Virus record (IMG/VR): IMGVR_UViG_3300022897_000003
Span: 1 to 57,417 of that record
Source: a virus
Taxonomy: Duplodnaviria; Caudoviricetes
Reading direction: 5' to 3' (one strand)
DNA length: 57,417 nt
Numbering within the stretch: the stretch's first letter is position 1; each line of letters starts with the position of its first letter. Below, one piece after another: positions 45,025-53,919 of the stretch. The notes below the pieces were generated by a model that had not been told where the DNA came from, made no database searches, and saw nothing but the letters and a program-made list of their open reading frames with translations. The translations under genes were made by a program, and so were the position numbers.

Positions 45025-46829
45025 CGCTCACTGTTGCGGACTATTTTTGCGGCGCCGGCGGCTCGTCGTCCGGCATGGAGCAGGTCCCTGGCGTCAAGGT
45101 TCGTATGGCCGCAAACCACTGGGACCTGGCCATCGAGACCCACAACGCCAATCTGCCGCACGCCGACCATGACGTCGCGGATATCGCCCAGATCGACCCG
45201 CGCCGCCACCCGCGCACGGACATCGGCTGGTTCAGCCCCGAATGCACGAACTGGTCCGTAGCCAAGGGTGTCAAGCAGACCTACGACGGCCGGCCGGTCC
45301 AGCTCGAGCTGGGCGAGGAGTACGAAGAGCCGCTGCCAGATCAGGCCGCCCAGCGCTCGCGGATGCTCATGCAGGACGTTCCCCGGTTCACCGAGGTACA
45401 CCGCTACCGGGCCGTCCTCGTCGAGAACGTGACCGACGTCCTGAAGTGGGAGCACCTCGACGAGTGGCTCCTACGTATGGACAACCTCGGCTATCGGCAC
45501 CGCATCGTTGTGTTGAACTCGGCTTTCGCCACCGCTCTCGGCCCCGGCGCGCCGCAACTGCGCGACCGCGTCTACTTCGTGTTCTGGCGCGCGGAGTATC
45601 GCGAGCCGGACTTCGCGAAGTGGACGCGCCCGCAGGCCTGGTGCGATCGGTGCGGGGATGTCCGCGGCGTCTACACCGCCAAGCCGGGCCCTCGCCGGGC
45701 GATGCGGTACGGCCAGCAGTACGACTACCGGTGCCCCAGCGTGTACTGCCGGGGGGCGCTGGTTCAGCCTTACGCGCTGCCCGCCGCGGCCGCGATCGAC
45801 TGGTCGGTCATCGGCCAGCGCATCGGCGACCGCGCCAAGCCGCTGCAGCCCAAGACACTCGCGCGGATTGAGGCAGGGCTGCGTCGGTACGCACGGCCCA
45901 TAACCCTTGAGGCGGCCGGCCACACCTTCGAGCGCCACCCTGGCGTGCGCACCTGGCCCGTCGACCACCCCCTGACCGTGTTGCACGCCACGGCGTCGAA
46001 AGGGCTGGCCATTCCGCCCATGCTGGTTCCGGCCGGTGGCGGATTGAACACGACCGCCTCCCCGACGGACGAGCCCATGCGGACTCGCACGACCCGGGAG
46101 TCGGAGGGCCTGGTCTGCCCGCCCTTCCTGGACCCCCTGCGTTCCGGTCGGCCACGCACCAGCGGCGTCGACGAGCCGCTGGTGACGATCGTGGCCGACG
46201 GCGGGAATCACGCCCTGATTGAGCCGATGCTGATGCCGGTCGAGGGACGTGAGGGCAAGCAGGCCCGGCCCGTCGGTCTCCCGATGCGAGCTCAGACAGC
46301 TCGGCACGAGAACGCGCTGGTCATTCCGCTCCGAAACAACGGGGTGGCCCGGCCGGCCGGCAGCCATCCGCTGGTCGCCTTTGCGGCGGGCGGCACCCAC
46401 CAGGGCGTCGTCATGCGAAACAACACCCCTCGTGGAGACGCTGGGCAGATGTCGACGCCGCTGGACGAGCCGTTGCGCGCACTGACCACCGCCGGGCACC
46501 AGTCATTGCTTCGCTGGGATCACGCTCTCTTTCCGTACTCCAAGCGCGGCGACCTTCGACCCGTCGATCTGCCCATGCCGGCGCAGACGACGATCCAAGG
46601 CGATGCTCTGCTCGGCACTGCGATAGCCGTCGAAGACTGCACCTTCCGGATGCTCGATGTCGACGAGATCCGCGCGGGCATGGCATTCGCGCAGGGCTAC
46701 ATCCTCCTCGGCAACAAGCGCGAGCGGGTGCGAATGCTCGGCAACGCCGTCACGCCGCCATCGGCGCGCGACCTGGTCGCCGCCGTCGTCGAGGCCATCA
46801 CCGGTGACGAGCTGGAGCTGGTCGCATGA
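45021..46829 (+). CDS. DNA (cytosine-5) methyltransferase
   Basis: Motif I DYFCGAGG, IV SPEC, VI ENV, VIII QLRDR, X GNAV. Confidence 0.92.
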   Translation: MTLTVADYFCGAGGSSSGMEQVPGVKVRMAANHWDLAIETHNANLPHADHDVADIAQIDPRRHPRTDIGWFSPECTNWSVAKGVKQTYDGRPVQLELGEEYEEPLPDQAAQRSRMLMQDVPRFTEVHRYRAVLVENVTDVLKWEHLDEWLLRMDNLGYRHRIVVLNSAFATALGPGAPQLRDRVYFVFWRAEYREPDFAKWTRPQAWCDRCGDVRGVYTAKPGPRRAMRYGQQYDYRCPSVYCRGALVQPYALPAAAAIDWSVIGQRIGDRAKPLQPKTLARIEAGLRRYARPITLEAAGHTFERHPGVRTWPVDHPLTVLHATASKGLAIPPMLVPAGGGLNTTASPTDEPMRTRTTRESEGLVCPPFLDPLRSGRPRTSGVDEPLVTIVADGGNHALIEPMLMPVEGREGKQARPVGLPMRAQTARHENALVIPLRNNGVARPAGSHPLVAFAAGGTHQGVVMRNNTPRGDAGQMSTPLDEPLRALTTAGHQSLLRWDHALFPYSKRGDLRPVDLPMPAQTTIQGDALLGTAIAVEDCTFRMLDVDEIRAGMAFAQGYILLGNKRERVRMLGNAVTPPSARDLVAAVVEAITGDELELVA

Positions 46830-47047
46830 GGGTCAGCGCAGCAACCATCGCCTGCTTCCTCGGCGGCCTCGTCTGCTTCATCGCCGCGTGCGTCGCGATC
46901 TGGTGGGCGGCGTCCGCGACCCGAACGGTCCGCCGGCTCAAGCAGCGGCTGCAGCAGGCCGACCGCCAGCTCGACTACTACCGGGCCACCGTCGCCGGCC
47001 AGGTCGAGAACTGGGCCGAGAACGTGACCGAAGACGGTGACCACTGA
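46826..47047 (+). CDS. small membrane-anchored protein
   Basis: N-terminal TM then coiled coil. Confidence 0.6.
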   Translation: MRVSAATIACFLGGLVCFIAACVAIWWAASATRTVRRLKQRLQQADRQLDYYRATVAGQVENWAENVTEDGDH

Positions 47048-47781
47048 TGCCGCGCAGGATCACCGGCCGCCCCGCCACCCGGCCACCGGTCGACGAGCTG
47101 TCGGTGGACGCCGGTCCGGACTGGATGACCAGCCCGCTGCGCGCCTGCTCGCCGGAACGAGCCAAGGACCAGACGATCTGGACGTCGGAGAGCAGCTACG
47201 ACCTCAAGACCGCCGCGCTGATCTGCCAGGCTCGGTGCCCGTTCGTCGAAGAGTGCGGCCGCTACGCCGTCGACAGAAACGAGCAGCACTACGTGTGGGG
47301 CGGCGTCGTCCGCTCGGGCAGCAAAGCCCGCGAGATGCAGGACAGTGAGCTGGGCGGACGCAAGGGGCCGACAGTCTGTCCCAACTGCTCCGCCGAGCTC
47401 CCGGCCGACTACCCCTGGGACCACACCCGCATCGACCGCGGGGTCGCGGGCGACCTCCGGCTGTTCCGCGTGATGGGCCTCGAAGAGCGACGCGAGGTCA
47501 TCCGGGCGGGCCGCGCCCAGGGACTCAGCGATCACGCCATCGCCGAGCGGCTCCGGCGGAGAACCAACGACATCCACCAGATCATGGGTGAGTCGTCCGG
47601 CACAGAGCGAGACCTCAGGGTCAAGGAGCTCTGGGCAGAGGGCCTCAGCGACAGCGCCATCGCCCTGCGCCTCAACCTTCCGAACCCCAGCGCAGTCGGT
47701 AAGGCGCGAGCGCGGCTCGGCCTGCCCGCACTCTTCGGACCCGGCGGGCACCGCCTCCAGCCGGCAGGAGCATCGGCATGA
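47047..47781 (+). CDS. WhiB-family transcription factor with C-terminal HTH-like extensions
   Basis: C...ICQARCPFVEEC...YVWGG; two GLSD.AIA..L repeats. Confidence 0.8.
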   Translation: MPRRITGRPATRPPVDELSVDAGPDWMTSPLRACSPERAKDQTIWTSESSYDLKTAALICQARCPFVEECGRYAVDRNEQHYVWGGVVRSGSKAREMQDSELGGRKGPTVCPNCSAELPADYPWDHTRIDRGVAGDLRLFRVMGLEERREVIRAGRAQGLSDHAIAERLRRRTNDIHQIMGESSGTERDLRVKELWAEGLSDSAIALRLNLPNPSAVGKARARLGLPALFGPGGHRLQPAGASA

Positions 47782-49169
47782 ACCTCACCGACACAGACGA
47801 CGTCCGGCTGGCCGATCTGATCGGCACCAGCGTCGACAGCGAGAAGCCGTCCATCCCCGCGGCTCCCTCCACCGCGGGGATGGACTTCTCACCCCAGCAA
47901 CTCGAAGCGATCCAGAAGATCAGCGACTGGTTCGCCGGCGACGAGAAGCAGGTCTTCCGGCTGTTCGGCTACGCCGGCACCGGCAAGACCACCCTGGCCC
48001 GGCACATCGTCGACCAGCTCGGTGTCCGCGCGCTGTTCGCCGCGTTCACCGGCAAGGCCGCCTACGTGCTGCGCACCAAGGGCTGCGACAACGCCCGCAC
48101 TATCCACAGCCTGATCTATCAGCCTGTGGAAAAGGTCCGGGCCCGGCTCGACGAGCTCAAACGCCAGCTCGAGGACGAGACCGATCCGACCGAGCGCGGT
48201 CTGCTCGAGCGGGCCATCGCCGTCGAGACCGAGAAGCTGCACACCCCGGACTTCATCCTCCGCGAGGACAGCGAGCTGGCCGGCGCGCCGTTGCTGGTGC
48301 TCGACGAGGTGTCCATGGTGGGCGAGCGGATCGCCGCCGACCTGCTCTCGTTCGGGGTGAAGATCCTGTGCCTGGGCGACCCCGCCCAGCTGCCCCCCGT
48401 CGACGGCGGCGGCTACTTCATCAATGCGCAGCCCGACCACCTGCTCACCGAGATCCACCGGTCCGCGCTCGACTCCCCGGTCACCCGGCTGGCCACCTCG
48501 GTGCGCCAGTCGATGCCGGGGGACCGGTCGCTCGGCATGGGCGGCATGGACGGCGACTCGGGCCGCAAGCTCGCGGTCAGCCGCGACGAGGTGGCCGGCT
48601 TCGACCAGGTCCTCGTCGGTACCAACAAGGTCCGTTGGCAGGCCATCCACCTGCTCCGCGGACTGCGCGGGCTCACCGGTGACATCCCACAAACCGGCGA
48701 CCGGGTCATCGGCCTGGCCAACTCCGCCGAGGCGGACATCTTCAACGGCCAGCAGTTCACCGTCGTCAGCGTCAAAGACGGCGAGTCCGGCGCCGACCGG
48801 GTCACCATGCTCGTCCGCGACGACAGCGGCCACGAGCGTCGCATCACCGCCTGGCGGGCCGGATTCACCGGCCAGGAAGGCGAGAAACACGCCAAGCGCG
48901 AGGGCCGCGGCAACGTCGCCGCGATGACCTTCGCCCAGGCCATCACCTGCCACAAGAGCCAGGGCTCTCAGTGGGACCGGGTCCTCGTCGTCGACGAGTC
49001 CTGGATCTTCGCCCGGGCCGCCGCCCAGGACGCCATGGCCGCCGGCTCACCCCCGGACGCCGCGGGCGCCGCCGGCCACCTAAACGGCCAGCGCTGGCTG
49101 TACACCGCAATCACCAGGGCGGCTGAGCAGGTCGTCGTCATCGCCAGCCCGAGAGGACTTCCCTCGTGA
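47778..49169 (+). CDS. RecD/Dda-like SF1B helicase
   Basis: GYAGTGKTT, DEVSMV, GDPAQLPPV, TCHKSQGSQW, YTAITRA. Confidence 0.92.
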   Translation: MNLTDTDDVRLADLIGTSVDSEKPSIPAAPSTAGMDFSPQQLEAIQKISDWFAGDEKQVFRLFGYAGTGKTTLARHIVDQLGVRALFAAFTGKAAYVLRTKGCDNARTIHSLIYQPVEKVRARLDELKRQLEDETDPTERGLLERAIAVETEKLHTPDFILREDSELAGAPLLVLDEVSMVGERIAADLLSFGVKILCLGDPAQLPPVDGGGYFINAQPDHLLTEIHRSALDSPVTRLATSVRQSMPGDRSLGMGGMDGDSGRKLAVSRDEVAGFDQVLVGTNKVRWQAIHLLRGLRGLTGDIPQTGDRVIGLANSAEADIFNGQQFTVVSVKDGESGADRVTMLVRDDSGHERRITAWRAGFTGQEGEKHAKREGRGNVAAMTFAQAITCHKSQGSQWDRVLVVDESWIFARAAAQDAMAAGSPPDAAGAAGHLNGQRWLYTAITRAAEQVVVIASPRGLPS

Positions 49170-49774
49170 CCACCAAAAATCCGGTCCGCGTGCGGAACGG
49201 CGACGAGTACCTCAGTCTCCGCACTGCCCGGAAGACCTATCACTGCGAGAGCAATCGAAGTGGCTGCGCCGGAATCATCAAGCCGGGCGACCAGTACGTC
49301 CTAGCCGAGCTTCCGCCGAACAGCGACCTCGGCAACGACCGCTGGTGGCGTATTTCCGTCTGCTCTCCGTGCGGGCACGTCGGTCGGCCCGGCGTCGTCG
49401 AACAACTGTTTCCTGATGAGTTCGTAACCGAGTGGCTGATCTGGTCCAACCACCACAAGACCTGGTGGGGCCCGAACGGAAACAACTACTACAGCAGCAT
49501 CGAACGCGCCGGCCGATACGCGAAGGCCGACACCAGCCGGTGGCTCGGACGGGGCTGTGGCTGCTGCGCCGCACCCGAGGTGATCGTGCCCGCGCCGAGT
49601 GCCGAGCTGATGGCCGAGTCCCGCAGTCTCGCCAATTACGCGCTCTTCGCGCCGAAGACGGCCACCCGCAAGGCCGGTAAGACGAACCGTTGGTTCAAGC
49701 CGAGCAAGCCCACGACTCCTGTCACCTCGGATGTCCGTGTCAAGACCGTCGTGACCACCGGAGGCGTGCTGTGA
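49166..49774 (+). CDS. Cys-rich hypothetical protein
   Basis: ARKTYHC...C...IKPGDQY...CSPC; WLIWSNHH..WW...AGRY. Confidence 0.65.
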   Translation: MTTKNPVRVRNGDEYLSLRTARKTYHCESNRSGCAGIIKPGDQYVLAELPPNSDLGNDRWWRISVCSPCGHVGRPGVVEQLFPDEFVTEWLIWSNHHKTWWGPNGNNYYSSIERAGRYAKADTSRWLGRGCGCCAAPEVIVPAPSAELMAESRSLANYALFAPKTATRKAGKTNRWFKPSKPTTPVTSDVRVKTVVTTGGVL

Positions 49775-50220
49775 ACTTCGGATCCGTCTTCGCCGCCCTC
49801 ATCGCATCGCACTGGGTGGGGGACCACATCGTCCAGAGCGACCGGGATGCGTGCACCAAGGCGCTGCCCGGTAACGAGGGCCAGCTGGCCTGCGCCCGGC
49901 ACGTCGCCACCTACACGGCCACGGCCGCCGTCGCGCTCACCGCAGCCGCCCTGGCCACCGGCGACCGGCCGCGCATCGGGCGCACCCTGGCCGGCCTGGC
50001 CGTCTCCGCGGTCAGCCACTACGTCATCGACCGGCGCAAGCCGGTCGAGTGGCTGGCCAACGCCACCGGCAAGGGGCGCTTCTACCAGCTGGGCCAGCCC
50101 CGGCCGGGCCATGACGACAACCCGACGCTGGGCACCGGCGCGTACGCGCTCGACCAGTCCGCGCACATCGGCTTCCTCTTCATCGCCTCGCTGATCATCG
50201 CGGGAGGCGACCGTGGCTGA
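49771..50220 (+). CDS. DUF3307-like membrane protein
   Basis: HWVGDHIVQ...HV..Y...HYVID...DQSAH. Confidence 0.8.
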   Translation: MNFGSVFAALIASHWVGDHIVQSDRDACTKALPGNEGQLACARHVATYTATAAVALTAAALATGDRPRIGRTLAGLAVSAVSHYVIDRRKPVEWLANATGKGRFYQLGQPRPGHDDNPTLGTGAYALDQSAHIGFLFIASLIIAGGDRG

Positions 50221-50365
50221 CGATCTCGAGCTCGAGTCGGACGACCGGGACGCCGTGTGGGGCGACGACGACTACGAGACCGACGACGACACCTGGGCCG
50301 ACCTGGCTGACGACGGCCGGCGCATGGAGACCGTGACCGCCTTCGCCGAACAGGGGCTGTTGTGA
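50213..50365 (+). CDS. small acidic protein
   Basis: VADDLELESDDRD...; GGAGG RBS; coupled to MTase gene. Confidence 0.5.
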   Translation: MADDLELESDDRDAVWGDDDYETDDDTWADLADDGRRMETVTAFAEQGLL

Positions 50366-51267
50366 TCGCCTTGCGTCCGCCGATTCCGTATTACGGCAGC
50401 AAACAGACCATCGCCGCGCAGATCATCGCGCTGTTCCCGGAGCACGGGCACTACGTCGAACCGTTTGCCGGATCACTGTCGATCCTGCTGGCCAAAGCGC
50501 CAGCACGGATGGAGACCGTCAACGACCTCGATGGCGACCTCATGACGTTCTGGCGGGTCCTGCGCGATCGCGAAGCTGACCTCATGCGGGTCTGCGAGCT
50601 CACTCCGCATTCTCGGACCGAGTACCTGACGTGCCGCGACAGTCCGCCCGTCGCCGACGAGCTGGAGACCGCGCGTCGGGTCTGGGTGATGCTCACCCAA
50701 GGGCGCGGCGCCTCAATGCGCACTAAGCAAAGCGGCTGGCGCTACTACATCGACCCCCGCGGGTCGAACACCAGCTTTCCCGGCTACCTCGACGGCTACC
50801 GCGACCGATTGCCGCCGGCGGCGCGCAGGCTTCGGGACGTCTCGCTGGAATGTATGCCGGCGCTCGACCTGATCGCCAAGTACGGAGCCAGCGAGGACGT
50901 GCTGCTCTACGTCGACCCGCCTTACCTCGGGTCGTCGCGAGCGGGCAGCCGCTACCGGCACGAGCTCAAGACCGACGACGAGCACCGCGAGCTGGCCGAG
51001 GCGCTGCACCGCGCCGCCGCGGCGGTGGTTCTCTCTGGCTACCCGTCGCATCTCTACGACCAGGAGCTTTACGCGGGCTGGTCGCGCGTCGAGATCTCCT
51101 CGATGACAGGCAATGGCGTCGAGAAGGGCCGGACAGAGGTGCTCTGGGCCAATCGTCCCATCAGCGATGAGCTGACCCTCTTCGATCCATGGACCTCTAG
51201 TCAACGGCCTACTAGTCTCATGACACCCATGACTGGTCAGCAGAACATTGAAGGAATACCGGAATGA
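50362..51267 (+). CDS. DNA adenine methyltransferase (Dam/D12 class)
   Basis: YYGSK, YVEPFAGS, ND, YVDPPY. Confidence 0.92.
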   Translation: MIALRPPIPYYGSKQTIAAQIIALFPEHGHYVEPFAGSLSILLAKAPARMETVNDLDGDLMTFWRVLRDREADLMRVCELTPHSRTEYLTCRDSPPVADELETARRVWVMLTQGRGASMRTKQSGWRYYIDPRGSNTSFPGYLDGYRDRLPPAARRLRDVSLECMPALDLIAKYGASEDVLLYVDPPYLGSSRAGSRYRHELKTDDEHRELAEALHRAAAAVVLSGYPSHLYDQELYAGWSRVEISSMTGNGVEKGRTEVLWANRPISDELTLFDPWTSSQRPTSLMTPMTGQQNIEGIPE

Positions 51268-52595
51268 CCGACACCGGAGTCTCCGACGCCGAGCTGGCCG
51301 CCCTCATCGCCGGACTGCAGCCGGCCGCCACGCCGGCTGTGCCAGCTCATGTGATGGCGGAAGGCGGCCCTGATCACTACGCGGCCGGCCAGGGCCAGGC
51401 GCTTTTCAACGCCATCACCAACGCCGACTGGGCGGAAGTCCAGCGCATTGCCAATGATCCCTACACCGCCGGGGACGATGTCGATACGGCGCGAGGCGCG
51501 TTGGCTTGTGCCCCACCCCCATTCGGCCCGGCTCAGGTGACCAAACCGGACCGTCCAGCCCTCGGGCCGTGGTTCGCCGCCACCTACAAGGGCGCCTGCG
51601 CCGGCTGCGGCGCATCGTTCGAGGTGTTCGACGAGATCCGCGCCGACGGCGAGGGCGGCTGGCTGGCCCGCTGCTGCGGCAACGTCGACCAGAGCGACGC
51701 CGAGGCCCGCCTCATCACCACGATCCCCGAAGTCGTAACCCGCCGGCGTCCGGCCGGTCCGCCGCCGAGCACGGTCAGGGAGCTGCGCCAGGTCCTCATC
51801 GACTTCGAGGCCCAGCGACCCCGGTCCATGCAGACCGCCCTCGGCCCGTCCGAGCTGGGCACGGCCTGCCAGCAGCAGATCGCCCGCAAGCTGGCCGGCG
51901 CGCCCCGCCGGCCGATCACGGAGCCGACCTGGGCGCCGTTCCAGGGCACCGCGGTCCACGCGTCCATGGAGGACGTCGTCGCGTTCTGGAACCAGCAGCT
52001 CGGACGGGAGCGGTGGCTGGCCGAGGACGAGCTCACCGTCATCGAGGGCGTACCGGCCATGGGCGGCTACGAGTACCCGACCGTGCGCGGCCACGGCGAC
52101 GCCTTCGACCTGGACCACGGCATGGTCGTCGACTGGAAGTACGTCGGCAACACCGCCCTCGACAAGCTGCGCGCCGGCAAGCGTCTCGGCAAGCACCCCG
52201 CCGAGCAGGTCAGCGTCGAGTACCGGGTCCAGGCCCACCTCTACGGCATGGGCCACGCCAACAAGGGCCGCGAGGTCCGCTCGGTGCGCCTGGTCCTGCT
52301 CGCCCGGTCGTGGCAGTACGACGACAGCCAGGAGTGGACCGAGCCCTACGACGAGGGCATCGCCCGCAAGGCCATCGACCGGTACTGGGGGATCGTCGAC
52401 CTGGTCCACGACCTCGGCGGCGCCCAGGCCGGCGACCTCATCTCCGCGGTCCCCGCGACCCCCGGCAAGGACGTCTGCAAGTGGTGCCCGTTCTACCGGC
52501 CCGGCGTGGCTACCGACTGGTCCGGGTGCGCCGGCGACCGGCCACCGGACGTGCACGTCGCCAAAGCCACCGCAGGACTCATTGAGACCCCGTGA
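51264..52595 (+). CDS. Cas4/RecB-like PD-(D/E)XK exonuclease
   Basis: PSELGTAC, GTAVH, D...DWK, QAHLYG, CKWCPF...C. Confidence 0.85.
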   Translation: MTDTGVSDAELAALIAGLQPAATPAVPAHVMAEGGPDHYAAGQGQALFNAITNADWAEVQRIANDPYTAGDDVDTARGALACAPPPFGPAQVTKPDRPALGPWFAATYKGACAGCGASFEVFDEIRADGEGGWLARCCGNVDQSDAEARLITTIPEVVTRRRPAGPPPSTVRELRQVLIDFEAQRPRSMQTALGPSELGTACQQQIARKLAGAPRRPITEPTWAPFQGTAVHASMEDVVAFWNQQLGRERWLAEDELTVIEGVPAMGGYEYPTVRGHGDAFDLDHGMVVDWKYVGNTALDKLRAGKRLGKHPAEQVSVEYRVQAHLYGMGHANKGREVRSVRLVLLARSWQYDDSQEWTEPYDEGIARKAIDRYWGIVDLVHDLGGAQAGDLISAVPATPGKDVCKWCPFYRPGVATDWSGCAGDRPPDVHVAKATAGLIETP

Positions 52596-52623
52596 TCGTC
52601 AAGCTCCAGGGAAGGAATCAGAA

Positions 52624-53016
52624 ATGAGCTATCCCTCCTACAAGGCCATAGAGGTCTTCGCCGAAATGACGGCTGAGGTGCGCCAGATCAACGTTGATAA
52701 AGGCTGGCGTTCCGCTGACGGAGGTCCCGGCAACAACACCTTCGGCGACTACATCGCCCTGCTGCACAGCGAACTGTCTGAAGCGCTGGAGGCGTACCGC
52801 GATTGGCGGCTCGCCGACGCCACTGGCGGACCTGACGGACCGCGGGAGAACAGCAAGCCAGAAGGCGTCGGATCCGAAATGGCTGACGTACTGATTCGCC
52901 TGCTCGACACGTGTGACGTCTTCGGAATCGACCTACAAGCCGAGTACGAGCGCAAGGTCGCTTACAACCGGCATCGGCCGTTCCAGCACGGCGGCCGCAC
53001 CCTCGCCGACGCCTGA
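52624..53016 (+). CDS. MazG-like NTP pyrophosphohydrolase
   Basis: IALLHSELSEALEA...EMADVLIRLLD...KVAYN..R...HGG. Confidence 0.85.
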   Translation: MSYPSYKAIEVFAEMTAEVRQINVDKGWRSADGGPGNNTFGDYIALLHSELSEALEAYRDWRLADATGGPDGPRENSKPEGVGSEMADVLIRLLDTCDVFGIDLQAEYERKVAYNRHRPFQHGGRTLADA

Positions 53017-53092
53017 TTAACAGACTCCGGCGCCGCCGTGGCGCCGGTAACCGGGGCCCAACCCCTTTCACCCCTTCACCAAGGAGACCCTT

Positions 53093-53806
53093 GTGACCCA
53101 GCCCCAAGACGCCAACTCGATCCTGATGGGCAGCGGATCGCCTGCCTTCAAGTTCGACCAGATCGGCACGATCGCCACCGGCACCGTCGTCGCCGAGCCC
53201 ACCTCGTCGCAGCAGACGGACTTCCGGACGAAGGTTCCGGAGACCTGGCCCGACGGCTCGCCGAAGATGCAGGTCCTGGTCCAGATGTCGACCACGCTGC
53301 GCGACCCGCAGAAGCCCGAGGACGACGGCACCCGGACCCTTTACATCAAGGGCAAGGAACTGACCACCGCGGTCCGCAACGCCGTCCGGGCCTCCGGCGC
53401 CAACGGCATCCACACCGGCGGACAGCTCACCGTCCAGTACGTCGCCGACGGCCAGGCCGAGCAGGGACTCAACCCGCCGAAGCTCTACGTCGCCCAGTAC
53501 CAGCCGCCGGCCGTCTCCTTCGCCGGTGTCACCGCGCCGCAGAGCGCTCCGACGGTTCAGCAGCCGGTCGCTCAGCAGCAGTACGCGGCCCCCGTGCAGC
53601 AGCAGCCGGCCGCCCAGGCTCCGGCCCAGCAGTACCAGCAGCCCGTCCAGCAGGTGGCGCAGCAGCCGGTTCAGCAGGGCCTGCCGAACACCTCTCCGCC
53701 GCCGCCCCCGGGCGTCGACCCGGGCATGTGGTCCCGGCTCACTCCGGCCCAGCAGCAGGCGGTCGCAGCGGCCCAGACGGCCCAGGCGGCCCAGCCCGCC
53801 TTCTGA
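53093..53806 (+). CDS. ssDNA-binding/recombination-associated protein with Gln/Pro-rich tail
   Basis: FKF...QQTDF...WPDGSPKMQ...PKLY; disordered tail ending PAF; follows the exonuclease. Confidence 0.6.
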   Translation: MTQPQDANSILMGSGSPAFKFDQIGTIATGTVVAEPTSSQQTDFRTKVPETWPDGSPKMQVLVQMSTTLRDPQKPEDDGTRTLYIKGKELTTAVRNAVRASGANGIHTGGQLTVQYVADGQAEQGLNPPKLYVAQYQPPAVSFAGVTAPQSAPTVQQPVAQQQYAAPVQQQPAAQAPAQQYQQPVQQVAQQPVQQGLPNTSPPPPPGVDPGMWSRLTPAQQQAVAAAQTAQAAQPAF

Positions 53807-53831
53807 CACCCGCAGCCACTCCAGCACCACA

Positions 53832-53866
53832 GCGACCCCGCCGAGCCGCCGGTTCGGCGGGGTCGC
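53832..53866 (+). terminator. hairpin after SSB-like gene
   Basis: GCGACCCCGCCGAGCC-GCC-GGTTCGGCGGGGTCGC. Confidence 0.6.
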
Positions 53867-53919
53867 CGCCCCTCACCGCAAGACATCGACACCGATAACG
53901 ATCTTCAGGGAGCCCTGAG

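Noticed and set aside
45021-51267. Restriction-modification system
   Set aside because: Both methyltransferases lack an adjacent recognisable restriction endonuclease; orphan MTases are common in temperate phages.
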